Below, one piece after another: positions 9,599 to 19,221 of a DNA stretch of 64,000 bases. Position 1 is the stretch's first letter, and every line of letters starts with the position of its first letter. The DNA is from Polyangiaceae bacterium (GTDB taxonomy: Bacteria; Myxococcota_A; Polyangia; Polyangiales; Polyangiaceae): NCBI GenBank assembly GCA_044376115.1, contig JBILLK010000015.1, positions 32,001-96,000 of the forward strand, read 5' to 3'. The position numbers were made by a program, and so were the translations under genes. The notes under the pieces are model-generated. The model was not told the DNA's origin and searched no databases. It saw only the letters and a list, made by a program, of their open reading frames with translations.

Positions 9599-10549
9599 TT
9601 ACGGCCCGACATCAAGAATCTTGCTTCCGGGACCTCGAGTGCTGTCGCGAACAGCCTCAGCAAACAGCGTCCGAAACCAGCGGTGAGCAGGGTCTGCTTC
9701 CAAGGTTCGGGAGTAGGCCATCTTGAAGGTGAAGTCCGCGATCGGCACCGGCGCGGGCAAGGACACCAGCTTGGCGATTTCAGTCATACGCTGCGCGAAC
9801 CCCTGTGGCAACGTCACCACGAAATCGGTCTGCGCCACGATCAGCGCCGCTGAAAGGAAGTTGGGCAATCGCAACACCACGCGACGTTCTAAACCAAACG
9901 GAGCGAGAGCCGCATCGACTGAGCCACCAGGAGCGCCGCGTGGGGTGACCAGCACGTGCTCCAGCGCGGCGTAGGCCTTGCGGGTAAGCCGGCGCCCAAG
10001 GGCTGGATGCCCGGAACGGAGCAAAACGCGCATGTTCTCGCGTTGCAACGGCTCCTCCACGATCGCGGCTTGTTGTTTGAACCGCGTGCCATACACCAGA
10101 TCCACTTCCCTCGCGATGAGCGCAGATTCCGCCTCAGCCCCCAACGCTCGCGTGACCAAGGTAGCCATGGGGGCCTCCGTGCGGAGCCGCTGCATCAGCC
10201 TGGGGACAAGCACGATTTCAGCGTAGTCGGTGCAGCCCAGCGTAAACGTGCGCTGCAACCGACTTGGGTCCAAGGGCCGTGCAGGCGTCACTAACCGCTG
10301 GGTCTCCGCAAGCAGACTATGCAAAGGTGCCAAGAGCTCCTCGGCAAACACCGTGAGCGAGAGACCACTACCGACTCGCACCAAGAGCTGGTCGGCGAAC
10401 ATAATGCGCAGTCGCCCGAGCCCATGACTTACCGCAGATTGGGTCCGGCCGGAGCGCTTGGCAGTCTTTACCGTGCTCTTGGTTTCAAGCAGGTCGCGCA
10501 ACAAGACCAACAAATTCAGATCGAGTTCCCGAAGATGCACCCCATTCAT
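9599..10549 (-). CDS. LysR-family transcriptional regulator
   Basis: LDLNLL...TQSAVSHGLGRLR..F.DQLLVR HTH; substrate-binding domain ending DPAHRWFR; divergent from an oxidoreductase gene. Confidence 0.93.
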   Translation of the reverse strand: MNGVHLRELDLNLLVLLRDLLETKSTVKTAKRSGRTQSAVSHGLGRLRIMFADQLLVRVGSGLSLTVFAEELLAPLHSLLAETQRLVTPARPLDPSRLQRTFTLGCTDYAEIVLVPRLMQRLRTEAPMATLVTRALGAEAESALIAREVDLVYGTRFKQQAAIVEEPLQRENMRVLLRSGHPALGRRLTRKAYAALEHVLVTPRGAPGGSVDAALAPFGLERRVVLRLPNFLSAALIVAQTDFVVTLPQGFAQRMTEIAKLVSLPAPVPIADFTFKMAYSRTLEADPAHRWFRTLFAEAVRDSTRGPGSKILDVGP

Positions 10550-10635
10550 TGTCTCTATTAGATCTATGCGTTTGCTCGATAGCTAGCAACGACGCACGCT
10601 GCGTTCACACACGAAGCTCAAACAAGGAGTTCATC

Positions 10636-11496
10636 ATGGCGAACACAGTTCTCGTTACGGGCGCGACTGGCACGATTGGTTCACAGGTCGTTGCAGCTTT
10701 GGCCGACCTACCCGGGGTGTCCGTGCGAGCCGCCGTCCGCGGAGAAAAGCGAGTCTCCGGTGCAAACAACGTCAGCTCGGTCGACTTCGACTACGACAAT
10801 CCGGACACACTCAAGCGAGCCGTCGAGGGTGCGAACAAGGTCTTCCTGCTAACACCCTTTGCGCCCAATCAGGTTGAACTAGCAGCACGACTGCTTGAGT
10901 TCGCCAAAGGAGCGGGCGTCCAACACATCGTAAAGTTGTCAGCGATCGGCTGCGAACATGAGCCGGGGATTCAGCTCGGGCGCTGGCACCGGGCGGTGGA
11001 GAAGCTTGTGGAAGCGTCGGGCATGGCGTTCACCTTCCTGCGGCCGAACAACTTCTTCGAGAACTTCATCAACTACTATCGAGCGCAACCCGACGGCGCG
11101 ATCTACCTACCTTGGGGAAGCGCGGGTTGCAGCTTCATCGCTGGTGCTGACATCGCTGCAGTTGCAAAACTTGCTCTCACCACTGCCGGGCACGAGGGCC
11201 AGGCGTATGAGCTGACCGGACCAGCAGCGCTGACGATCGGTCGCGCAGCGGAGATTCTCAGTGAGGTCAGTGGTCGTAAGATTCACTATGTGGACGTGCC
11301 CGAAGAGGCTGCGCGCGCTGGCATGCTTGCAGCCGGGATGCCTGACTGGATGACCGCGGCGATGATGGAGCTACACGCCATTGACAAGGCTGGCTATGCG
11401 GCCGCCGTCAGCCCGGTGGCAGAGCGCCTACTCGGCCGAGCACCCATGAGCTTTGAGGTATTCGCGAGGGAGAACGCTGCGGCCTGGAAAGAATGA
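10636..11496 (+). CDS. NmrA-like atypical SDR NAD(P)H-binding oxidoreductase
   Basis: VLVTGATGTIG Rossmann motif; FTFLRPNNFFEN; DIAAVA; YELTGP; AAGGAG RBS before ATG 10636. Confidence 0.9.
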   Translation: MANTVLVTGATGTIGSQVVAALADLPGVSVRAAVRGEKRVSGANNVSSVDFDYDNPDTLKRAVEGANKVFLLTPFAPNQVELAARLLEFAKGAGVQHIVKLSAIGCEHEPGIQLGRWHRAVEKLVEASGMAFTFLRPNNFFENFINYYRAQPDGAIYLPWGSAGCSFIAGADIAAVAKLALTTAGHEGQAYELTGPAALTIGRAAEILSEVSGRKIHYVDVPEEAARAGMLAAGMPDWMTAAMMELHAIDKAGYAAAVSPVAERLLGRAPMSFEVFARENAAAWKE

Positions 11497-11612
11497 GCCC
11501 TGCGTGAGGGGAAGGTGCCCGCTGGCGTGTGCTCGGCACGCCGGCGACGCACTTTCTGATATGACGCCGCGATGAACCCTTCGTTCGTTCGAACGCGCTA
11601 GGAGCAGTTGGT

Positions 11613-12239
11613 ATGGCCATCGCCGTGGATCCGCACCCCCTGCTCGACCCCATCGTTTTTGAGACAAACTTCCGGGCGTCGCTGGTTACGCTCAGCGCCG
11701 AGTCCACGCTTTTCACCTTGCTAGCGGCGGATGCGAAAGCGCCCGTCTCGTCATCCGACGACGTGCGCGGTGCCGTCCGCGACCTATTGCGACAAGGCGG
11801 CTACAAGCCGACAGGACGCGGAAAGCCTGCCTCCGAGTACCTATTGCGTGCGGTCGGAGAAGGAGCCCTTCGTAGCATCAACCCAGCCGTCGATGCCTGC
11901 AACGCGGCCTCCTACCACAGCGGCCTCCCGATCAGCGTCGTCGACCTCGATAAAGCCAAACCTCCGTTTCGACTCGGGCTCGCACCGGCCGGGACAGCCT
12001 ATGTTTTCAATCCAGCCGGCCAGACCATCGACGTGGCTGGACTGCTCTGCTTGTTCGACGCCGACGGGCCATGTGCCAACGCCGTCAAAGACTCGCAGCG
12101 CACGAAGACCGACGATCAGACACAACGAACCCTCACCGTGATTTGGGGGACGCGCGCGCTACCGGAGCACACGCAGCGGACATTTGATTGGTATCAGAGC
12201 CTGCTCTTGCCCTTTGCTAGCCGCCTTGAACGTTACTAG
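11613..12239 (+). CDS. Stand-alone B3/B4 domain protein (PheRS beta editing-domain homolog)
   Basis: KPTGRGKPASEYLLR..INPAVDACN..S...LPISVVDLDK pattern; AGGAG RBS. Confidence 0.8.
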   Translation: MAIAVDPHPLLDPIVFETNFRASLVTLSAESTLFTLLAADAKAPVSSSDDVRGAVRDLLRQGGYKPTGRGKPASEYLLRAVGEGALRSINPAVDACNAASYHSGLPISVVDLDKAKPPFRLGLAPAGTAYVFNPAGQTIDVAGLLCLFDADGPCANAVKDSQRTKTDDQTQRTLTVIWGTRALPEHTQRTFDWYQSLLLPFASRLERY

Positions 12240-12242
12240 CCA

Positions 12243-13472
12243 TCACTGACACTGGAAGCCGACAAAGAACTTGTCGTCGTCGTTGACGTCACCGTCGGTC
12301 GAAAGACCAAACAGCTGCACATTGTCCGGCCCTAACTGCGTGGCTGCGCAGGTATTGTCGAGACCACTGTCGTTCGAGCAGAAGCCGTCTCCCGCGCGGC
12401 CCCACTTCGCGGGCGGAGAGGTGCAGCCGTTGCAGCCATCGATCCAGCCGAAGGTCAGCCGACAGCGCGGCCGTACCTGCGTGAGCAAGTCCTCAGCTGG
12501 GCTTTCGCACATCAACTCGCCACTCGCAAGGATGGCCTTAACCGCTTGACCGACTGGGCACATCTCCGCGGCAGGCGCCGCTTCGCCGACGACGGCTGCA
12601 CAGCTCATACCTACGTAAAATTTATCATTGCCGTCGACGTCCCCGCCGGTCGACAGCCCAAACAAGTATACTTGCTCGGCACCAAGCATCGTTGGCACAC
12701 AAGTATCTCCCGCAGCGACGATCGCTGAGCAGTTATCCGTAGCGACTCGCCCCCAGTGCGTAGGCGCTGAGCTGCAGGCGTCACAACCGTCTCGCCAGCC
12801 CCAATAGAGCGAGCAGCGTTCACGCACGGCTTGGAGTGCAAACGCGGAGGCCGGTGCACATACTGGAGCCTGCCCGGAGAAACCAATCAGCCACGACCCG
12901 GCGCCGCAGGCTCCAGCCCCGGGCGTTTGAGGGTCACAGCGGAACCCGAGATGTAGCTTGTCGTTTTCATCAACGTCGCCATCCGTGTTCAAGCCGAACA
13001 GCTGCACTGGGCTACCACTCAATACCGGGTTGGTGCAGGTGTTATCGAGCCCAGCTCCAAGCTCACAGCTGCTGCCATCTACGCGCCCCCACTTCGACGG
13101 AGGATCAGAGCAGGTCGTGCAACCGTCTCGAACACCTAAGTAGACGGAGCAACCATCATTGACCGAAGAGAGGCTCACTCTTTCTACGCCCGCGCAGACC
13201 AATTGGCCGTTAGCGTCGAGGCCAGTCGCCCAAGACCCGGCATTGCAATTACTGGCGATAACCGTGCCTCCCCCGGCGCCAGCGCCGCCTGTGGACTGGA
13301 CATCACCACCCATTCCGCCAAGGCCACCAAGCCCCCCCTGCCCACCACGGCCGCCGCCGCCGGTATCAGCGTCAGCGCCTGCCTGAGCGGTCCCACCCGC
13401 TCCGCCGGCTCCAATGGGGGTGCCCTCGGCGCAGGCAACCAGTAGCAGTAGCGGTAAACAACAGCGCCCCAT
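12243..13472 (-). CDS. Lipoprotein with Gly-rich linker and three tandem ~105-aa Cys-rich repeats
   Basis: Lipobox LVAC; repeats aligned by eye (DGCxxC..P..WGR; LFGLxTxGDVxxxDK). Confidence 0.8.
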   Translation of the reverse strand: MGRCCLPLLLLVACAEGTPIGAGGAGGTAQAGADADTGGGGRGGQGGLGGLGGMGGDVQSTGGAGAGGGTVIASNCNAGSWATGLDANGQLVCAGVERVSLSSVNDGCSVYLGVRDGCTTCSDPPSKWGRVDGSSCELGAGLDNTCTNPVLSGSPVQLFGLNTDGDVDENDKLHLGFRCDPQTPGAGACGAGSWLIGFSGQAPVCAPASAFALQAVRERCSLYWGWRDGCDACSSAPTHWGRVATDNCSAIVAAGDTCVPTMLGAEQVYLFGLSTGGDVDGNDKFYVGMSCAAVVGEAAPAAEMCPVGQAVKAILASGELMCESPAEDLLTQVRPRCRLTFGWIDGCNGCTSPPAKWGRAGDGFCSNDSGLDNTCAATQLGPDNVQLFGLSTDGDVNDDDKFFVGFQCQ

Positions 13473-13575
13473 TGGGGCAAGCGTAGCTGCATCGAGCCAA
13501 GGTGTGGCAGGACCTTTCGTCGACTGTCCAACTTGGCCACTGGCGGGACACGCAGGGATCGGCGAAAGAACAGGA

Positions 13576-14889
13576 ATGCGATTCTACGGTGCGCTGATCT
13601 GTATGCTTGGTGGCGCTTGTACGGCGACGCCTCCCCCGGAGCCGCAACGCCCGCCCGCCGTGGTGACAAGCCCCGCTCCAACCGTCACGGTTGCCCCCAC
13701 GCCAGTCCCACCGCCACCAAGAGCGCCGCAAGGCCTGCTCTCGCTCAGCTCCCAGGCGCCACTCTTTGCGCCCGAGGCAACCAAGCTCGAGCAGGCGGCA
13801 TTGCTCGCCCTCGAGCAACTGCCCAACGCCGACGTACTTGATCCGTCTGAGCTCGCCGCTCTCGACGAACTGGCGAAACAAGGCAAGGCCAAGCCGAACG
13901 GGCCTGTATGTCAATTAGCGCCAGCGGTAAGTGACGTATTCAGGGCTCAATACCCCGAGGGCCAGCAAGTTCATCTCGATCTCTCGTGTCTGGGTACAGA
14001 CTGCCAATCGAGGCTGCTGGTCTATCGCAAAGGAGAGGGGCCACGGGTGACCTCTCGTATCAGCGAGCACCGCACCTACTTTTCATCGCTGCAAGGCCCA
14101 GAGCCCGAGGTGGCTCGTATTGCCAAGGTTGACTTGCCCGCTTCGCTAGCCAGTTGGCAGGAGAGCCTTACGCGAGCTGGGCTCCCCTTTGCGAACTTTA
14201 CAGCGGCCAAACAACCGGAGGTCGTGCGCCGCGGATACGGCCCTTTGGAGGTCTATTCGATTGATGCCTTCGGTGCGTTTCCCAAACCAATAAAACCGAG
14301 CTCGTTTCCACGAGCCAAGTACGCCAAGTGCGAACGTGACTTCGGGTTGGCGCTGCTCGAAGTCGATCCGGCCGGGAAGGTCGGGAGCTGTGAGGGAGAC
14401 CCTTGCGTATGTTCCGGCTCAGCTTCACTGAAGCTAAGCCAGGGGGAAAGCCCCCGCCGTCTGCTCCTCAACGTTGGTCCAAGCGCCGGCGGCAAGGCTC
14501 CCAAGTTTGGGACGCTCAAGGCGGGAACGGGCTCCGCGAGCGGGCTCATGGCGGTGACTCGAGCTCCACGCGGCCGAATCAGCTACTCCCCTCCCGCGTC
14601 ACCATCCAACCAAATAGGCAGCAACTTTCGACGCGATTTGACCCGATGCCTCGACGTTGCGCAGACCGAACCGAGGGAAGTCCCGGTGACCTCCACCCTG
14701 GGCGAAGACGGCAAGGTGGAAGCGGTGGAGCTGGGCGCGCATACCTTCACCCCCGCGGAGGAAGCGTGCCTGAAGCGTGAACTTGGGCAGGTGATTTTTA
14801 CCTGCCCGGATCGGGCCGGCGCCAAAGCCGTTGGGAGCCTCAGCGTGACCCCGCCCAAAGAGAAAGTCACCAAAGAGAACGCTCGTTGA
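13576..14889 (+). CDS. Hypothetical lipoprotein, Pro-rich linker, possible TonB-C/AgmX-PglI-like C-terminal domain
   Basis: MRFYGALICMLGGAC; C-terminal 'LTRCL...DGKVEAVE...EACLKREL..VIF' pattern. Confidence 0.55.
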   Translation: MRFYGALICMLGGACTATPPPEPQRPPAVVTSPAPTVTVAPTPVPPPPRAPQGLLSLSSQAPLFAPEATKLEQAALLALEQLPNADVLDPSELAALDELAKQGKAKPNGPVCQLAPAVSDVFRAQYPEGQQVHLDLSCLGTDCQSRLLVYRKGEGPRVTSRISEHRTYFSSLQGPEPEVARIAKVDLPASLASWQESLTRAGLPFANFTAAKQPEVVRRGYGPLEVYSIDAFGAFPKPIKPSSFPRAKYAKCERDFGLALLEVDPAGKVGSCEGDPCVCSGSASLKLSQGESPRRLLLNVGPSAGGKAPKFGTLKAGTGSASGLMAVTRAPRGRISYSPPASPSNQIGSNFRRDLTRCLDVAQTEPREVPVTSTLGEDGKVEAVELGAHTFTPAEEACLKRELGQVIFTCPDRAGAKAVGSLSVTPPKEKVTKENAR

Positions 14890-14911
14890 GCGGTGGGCGC
14901 GACCGCTTCAA

Positions 14912-16369
14912 CTAGCCCTTGGTGGGCCGGGTTTTCTTTTTCGCGCCGGCTTTGGCGGACGCCTGCCGCAAGTCTTTCGAGCGATCAAATCGGAGATTGT
15001 AGCGGTCAAGAATAACCGGGCCGCGCTCGTGTGCCTTTTGACGGTCCAAGGTGATCCGCTGGCCGTCTTCCAGCCCGACGGTGATGAACGGTCCGGTGTC
15101 TGACTCGATCAACGACACCATGTGACGCATGTTCGCCACCTGGACTCCGTTGACACTAGCGACCACGTGATTTTCGTATTCGTGGTAGCCCTGGTTCACT
15201 CGGTCCGCGAGCACCTTCTGGAGAATGATGACTTCCTGGCGCTCCGGGGTACGGATCTTGGTTTCGTAGATGGTGATTAGCTCATTAGGGGCCGATTTGA
15301 ACCACTCGTGCCCCCAGCTCTTGAGGTAGTCCCTCGAGAGAGGGGCAAACAGCAAACCGCCATAAACGAAGTAGGTTGGGTCTACATCGTATTGGTCCTC
15401 CAAGACGAGTAGCGCCGGGCGCTCGAGCTTTAGCTTGATGTCGAACACCTTCTTATCGCGCAGCGTCGTCAGCACGATCGGGTCATCGACGTGCTTGAGG
15501 GTGATTTTATGGCTGTGGTCAATCAACTCCCCTGCGCGTAGCTCCACGGTGCCATCGCGACCAATGGCGCCACCGTCGATCGCCAAAAGGACGTCCCCTT
15601 CTTGAAGGTGGCCCCAGGCCGTAGAGCCGTAGGCCACCCGCACGACGAGCACGCCGCCATCCGCTGGCTTTATCCCGAGCGACCGGCGCAAAGACTCTGA
15701 TTCGAGCCGCTGCCAAACTACGCCCAAGCTGGGGAAGAGCGCAGGACGACCAGCCTCGAGATCGCGCAGGAAGTGCTGCACGATGGGCAGCGCAATGGCA
15801 TAGGCAATGTTCTGGCTTTCGTCGAGGGATTGGAACGCTATACCAATTAGCTTGTTGCCCTGAAACACGGGCCCGCCGCTGTTACCAGCATTGACCGCTG
15901 CGTCGATCTGAATCGAAAGGAGCGGCCGCTGACTGTGTGCGTAGGCGGACACCTCGATGCGTGAAACCACCCCTTGGGTGATCGACAGGCGGTCACCGCC
16001 GATCGGGTAACCGCATACCGTGACCGAGTCCCCCAGGAGCGGCAGCGTGCCGAACTCGATCGGCTCGGCCCCTTCGAAGAACTCCTCCTTGCGAATGCGC
16101 AAGAGCGCGAGGTCGCACTCGTGGCTCACACCCTCGACCTCCGCTACATACTTCTTGGATTCGCCGCTCCGTCGAACCTCGACGAAGACCTGGTTCTGGA
16201 CCACATGGCCGTTTGTAATCACGCGAAGCCCGCGCTTCGTCATGATGATGGCCCCGGAGCCAGTGCTGCTTACCGGACCATGCGTCTGCCAGGGCTGCTC
16301 GTAGTCCGGGGCGTTCGACACGGTGAGGATTTTGACCACCGACCGAAGCTGTTTGGCCATTTTGGACAT
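14912..16369 (-). CDS. HtrA/Deg-family trypsin-like serine protease with two PDZ domains
   Basis: Triad motifs ITNGHVV, CDLALL, IDAAVNAGNSGGP; second PDZ begins YFVYGGLLFAPLS; no signal peptide visible. Confidence 0.9.
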   Translation of the reverse strand: MSKMAKQLRSVVKILTVSNAPDYEQPWQTHGPVSSTGSGAIIMTKRGLRVITNGHVVQNQVFVEVRRSGESKKYVAEVEGVSHECDLALLRIRKEEFFEGAEPIEFGTLPLLGDSVTVCGYPIGGDRLSITQGVVSRIEVSAYAHSQRPLLSIQIDAAVNAGNSGGPVFQGNKLIGIAFQSLDESQNIAYAIALPIVQHFLRDLEAGRPALFPSLGVVWQRLESESLRRSLGIKPADGGVLVVRVAYGSTAWGHLQEGDVLLAIDGGAIGRDGTVELRAGELIDHSHKITLKHVDDPIVLTTLRDKKVFDIKLKLERPALLVLEDQYDVDPTYFVYGGLLFAPLSRDYLKSWGHEWFKSAPNELITIYETKIRTPERQEVIILQKVLADRVNQGYHEYENHVVASVNGVQVANMRHMVSLIESDTGPFITVGLEDGQRITLDRQKAHERGPVILDRYNLRFDRSKDLRQASAKAGAKKKTRPTKG

Positions 16370-16385
16370 TTTGCGCCTCTTCTTT

Positions 16386-17669
16386 TCACAGAAGACCCCC
16401 GCTCTGCAAGAACTGCCGCTCAACCTCGGCGTAGTCGACTTCGACGTCCAAGCGAGCGAGCACGGAATAGAAGCCGAACTGGAGCCGATTCATGAAGATC
16501 ATCCCTTTAGGAACCGGCACGTTCTCCCCTTTTGGCAACTTGCGGGCGATCTTGGCCATCTCTTTCAGACGGGCGACCAAGTCGGCGGCATAGCTGCGGG
16601 TGATGCGGTAGGGCGAGCCAAATATTGGCTCGAAGCAGTAGCGTGAGTAGGTCACCGCGAGTTCCTCCCATTGCCCGCCTTGGGTCGCCAGCAGCCGTTT
16701 GGCGAAGAAGGCGAACTCGGATTCGTCTTTACGCAGTGCAGCCAAATGGAGCCCGCGGGCGTTCTCGCGACGCTCCCCGACGATCGGCTCGACGCAGCCA
16801 AAGTCGATGAAATAGACCTGTCCATGCTCACCAAAGATGTAGTTCCCGGGGTGAGGGTCTGCGTTGAACATGCCCCCAATCAAGTTGCCCTTGAAGACGA
16901 AGCGCCACATCGTCTCGGCGAAGGCGCGCCGCTCCGCTTCCGAGACCAGGCTCACTTCGGCCAGGCTTCTGCCCACGACGAGTTCACTCGTCAGCACCCG
17001 TTGGGAGGAACGGTCAGAAATGACCTCGGGGATGCGAATCGTCGGGTCGTTAAGGTGAATCGCGCGAAATTGCGATTGGCGAGTTGCCTCTAGTGAGTAA
17101 TCAAGCTCCTCCCGCAGGCGGACCTTCATCTCCTCGAACACCACCTTTGAATCAACCTTACGTCCGCCGGCGAGGCTGGCGAGCGGCTCGAGTACGCCTG
17201 CATTGGCTAAATCGTGCTCGACAGCCTCAGCCACCCCCGGGTGTTGAACTTTGACAGCGACTGCGCGTCCGTCAGCAAGCTCGGCTCGGTGGACCTGACC
17301 GATCGACGCGCTAGCGAACGGCGCCTGCTCGAAGTTGCGAAACAGCTTATCGAGCGGCTGCTCAAAGTCCGCTTCGATCGTCCGCTGGACCTCCGCAAAG
17401 CTAGAGGTCATCGCGTGGTCACGTAGCTTGCCGAGCGCTGCCTCGTACACCTCGCGATTGGCCTCCGGAATGACGCCGTCGACGTAACTCGCTATCTGAC
17501 CGACTTTGGCGGCCAGACCTCGCATTCGCCCCAAAACCTCAGCGGTGCGCTCAGCCGCGGCGTTCGCGCCGCCCTTGCTCAGGAGACTCATGCCGGTGCG
17601 TGCGCCCACCGAGGCGAGCATTGCAAAGCGCGACAACTTTCCCTGAGGGACCTTGCGATCGTCCGACAT
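16386..17669 (-). CDS. ABC1/AarF/UbiB-family atypical kinase
   Basis: AKVGQ, FASASIGQVHRA, VAVKVQHPG, EELDY..EA, NADPHPGNY and IDFG. Confidence 0.92.
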   Translation of the reverse strand: MSDDRKVPQGKLSRFAMLASVGARTGMSLLSKGGANAAAERTAEVLGRMRGLAAKVGQIASYVDGVIPEANREVYEAALGKLRDHAMTSSFAEVQRTIEADFEQPLDKLFRNFEQAPFASASIGQVHRAELADGRAVAVKVQHPGVAEAVEHDLANAGVLEPLASLAGGRKVDSKVVFEEMKVRLREELDYSLEATRQSQFRAIHLNDPTIRIPEVISDRSSQRVLTSELVVGRSLAEVSLVSEAERRAFAETMWRFVFKGNLIGGMFNADPHPGNYIFGEHGQVYFIDFGCVEPIVGERRENARGLHLAALRKDESEFAFFAKRLLATQGGQWEELAVTYSRYCFEPIFGSPYRITRSYAADLVARLKEMAKIARKLPKGENVPVPKGMIFMNRLQFGFYSVLARLDVEVDYAEVERQFLQSGGLL

Positions 17670-17754
17670 GTCGCGGCAGCATCCCACGACCGCACTGAGG
17701 AATCTGCAACCAATGTGGGGTGAGTCAGTCCCCGGTCCATGGCATAACGCGCGA

Positions 17755-19221
17755 GTGACCGCCTCCAACGCATCTCTCGACGTCCTCTCGGCCTCTGCGC
17801 TCGAGGTTGCACGAGCCGTGCACTCGCGAGCCCTCTCTGCCCAAGAGGCGCTGGCTACCTGCATCGCTCGAATCGAAGAGGTAAACCCAGCGCTCAACGC
17901 CGTGGTCTACAAGCGGTATGAATCCGCACGGCGCGAGGCGGCCCGTATTGACGCCCTCTCGAATGAAGAGCGCAGGGCGCTGCCGCTCGCTGGTGTTCCG
18001 TGCACGATCAAAGAGTTCTTCGCGGTCGAAGGCGCCCCTTGGACTGGAGGCCTCGTCGCCCGAAAGAACCACCTCGCCGAAGCCGACGCTCCCACCGTCG
18101 CTCGACTGCGCGACGCCGGTGCCGTGGTGGTGGGAACCACCAATGTCCCCGAGGGAGGCATCTGGTTCGAGACGTACAACGGCGTCTACGGGCGGACGAA
18201 CAATCCGTGGGACCTGAAGCGAACCCCCGGTGGGTCTTCTGGGGGTGAGGGTGCCATCATCGCTGCGGGTGGCTCGGTTTTCGGGTTGGGCTCGGACATC
18301 GGCGGGTCGGTCAGGCTGCCGGCAGCCTTTTGCGGGATCGCCTCGCACAAGCCGACGGGACGCACCATCCCCAACACAGGCCAATTCCCTGCCCCAGCCG
18401 GTGAGGCTTTAACGCTGTTATCCCCGGGGCCGATGGCCAAACGCGCCAGCGACTTGATGCCGCTGCTACGGATCCTGGCCGGTCCCGACCAGGTTGACCC
18501 CTACTGCGAACACAGGGCACTCGGGGATCCTGACGCAGTGGATCTGGCGAAGCTCGTTGTTTACGTCGCCAAGGACAACGGGCGTTCTGGCTCCGAACGC
18601 GTCATGCAGGTAGCCGTGGAAGATGCTGCGCTAAGGCTCGAACGCCGCGGAGCCACCATTCGCACCTTCGATACAAAGAAGCTCGCGCCAGGGATGGAAC
18701 TCTGGGGCGCGACGCTCGCGGAGCTGTCTGAAGAGTCCTATGAAGCTATCCTCGCGTCGGGTTCGGGGCAGAGCGAGATCTCCATCCTGCGTGAACTAGC
18801 GCTCGCCTCGGTTGGGCGTTCCAACCATACCTTCGCCGCATTGGCGATTGGTGGTCTCAGCAACGTCATTCAAAAGCTAACCGCTAAACAGGCAAAAGGC
18901 CTATACCAGCAAGGGCAAGCGTTGAAGCGCGAGTTCAGCGAGCTACTAGGCAGTAATGGCATCCTTTTGATGCCTCCGTTTCCTTGCCCTGCTCCAAAGC
19001 ACCATGCTCCCTGGCGAATGCCGCTGGCGGCGGCGTATACTGCACTATTCAACGTCTTGGAGACGCCTGCGACGGTCGTGCCGGTTGGCTTCGAGCGGCG
19101 CGGGCTCCCCGTCACCGTGCAGATCGTGGCCGCGCAAGGCAATGACCATGTCGGTATCCGTGTAGCGGAGGTCTTGGAGACCGAGTTTGGCGGCTGGGTA
19201 TTGCCAACGGTGGGAGCATGA
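17755..19221 (+). CDS. Amidase-signature family enzyme (FAAH2-like)
   Basis: PLAGVPCTIKE, GRTNNPWD..RTPGGSSGGEGA, GLGSDIGGSVRLPA; start uncertain (GTG 17755). Confidence 0.9.
   Translation: MTASNASLDVLSASALEVARAVHSRALSAQEALATCIARIEEVNPALNAVVYKRYESARREAARIDALSNEERRALPLAGVPCTIKEFFAVEGAPWTGGLVARKNHLAEADAPTVARLRDAGAVVVGTTNVPEGGIWFETYNGVYGRTNNPWDLKRTPGGSSGGEGAIIAAGGSVFGLGSDIGGSVRLPAAFCGIASHKPTGRTIPNTGQFPAPAGEALTLLSPGPMAKRASDLMPLLRILAGPDQVDPYCEHRALGDPDAVDLAKLVVYVAKDNGRSGSERVMQVAVEDAALRLERRGATIRTFDTKKLAPGMELWGATLAELSEESYEAILASGSGQSEISILRELALASVGRSNHTFAALAIGGLSNVIQKLTAKQAKGLYQQGQALKREFSELLGSNGILLMPPFPCPAPKHHAPWRMPLAAAYTALFNVLETPATVVPVGFERRGLPVTVQIVAAQGNDHVGIRVAEVLETEFGGWVLPTVGA

Noticed and set aside
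11493..11612. ATG overlapping the SDR stop is in frame with the B3/4 gene through two TGAs, with a hairpin after the first
   Set aside because: No CxxC-like context or signal peptide, and the B3/4 gene has its own AGGAG RBS at ATG 11613. The hairpin is better explained as an intergenic terminator-like element.
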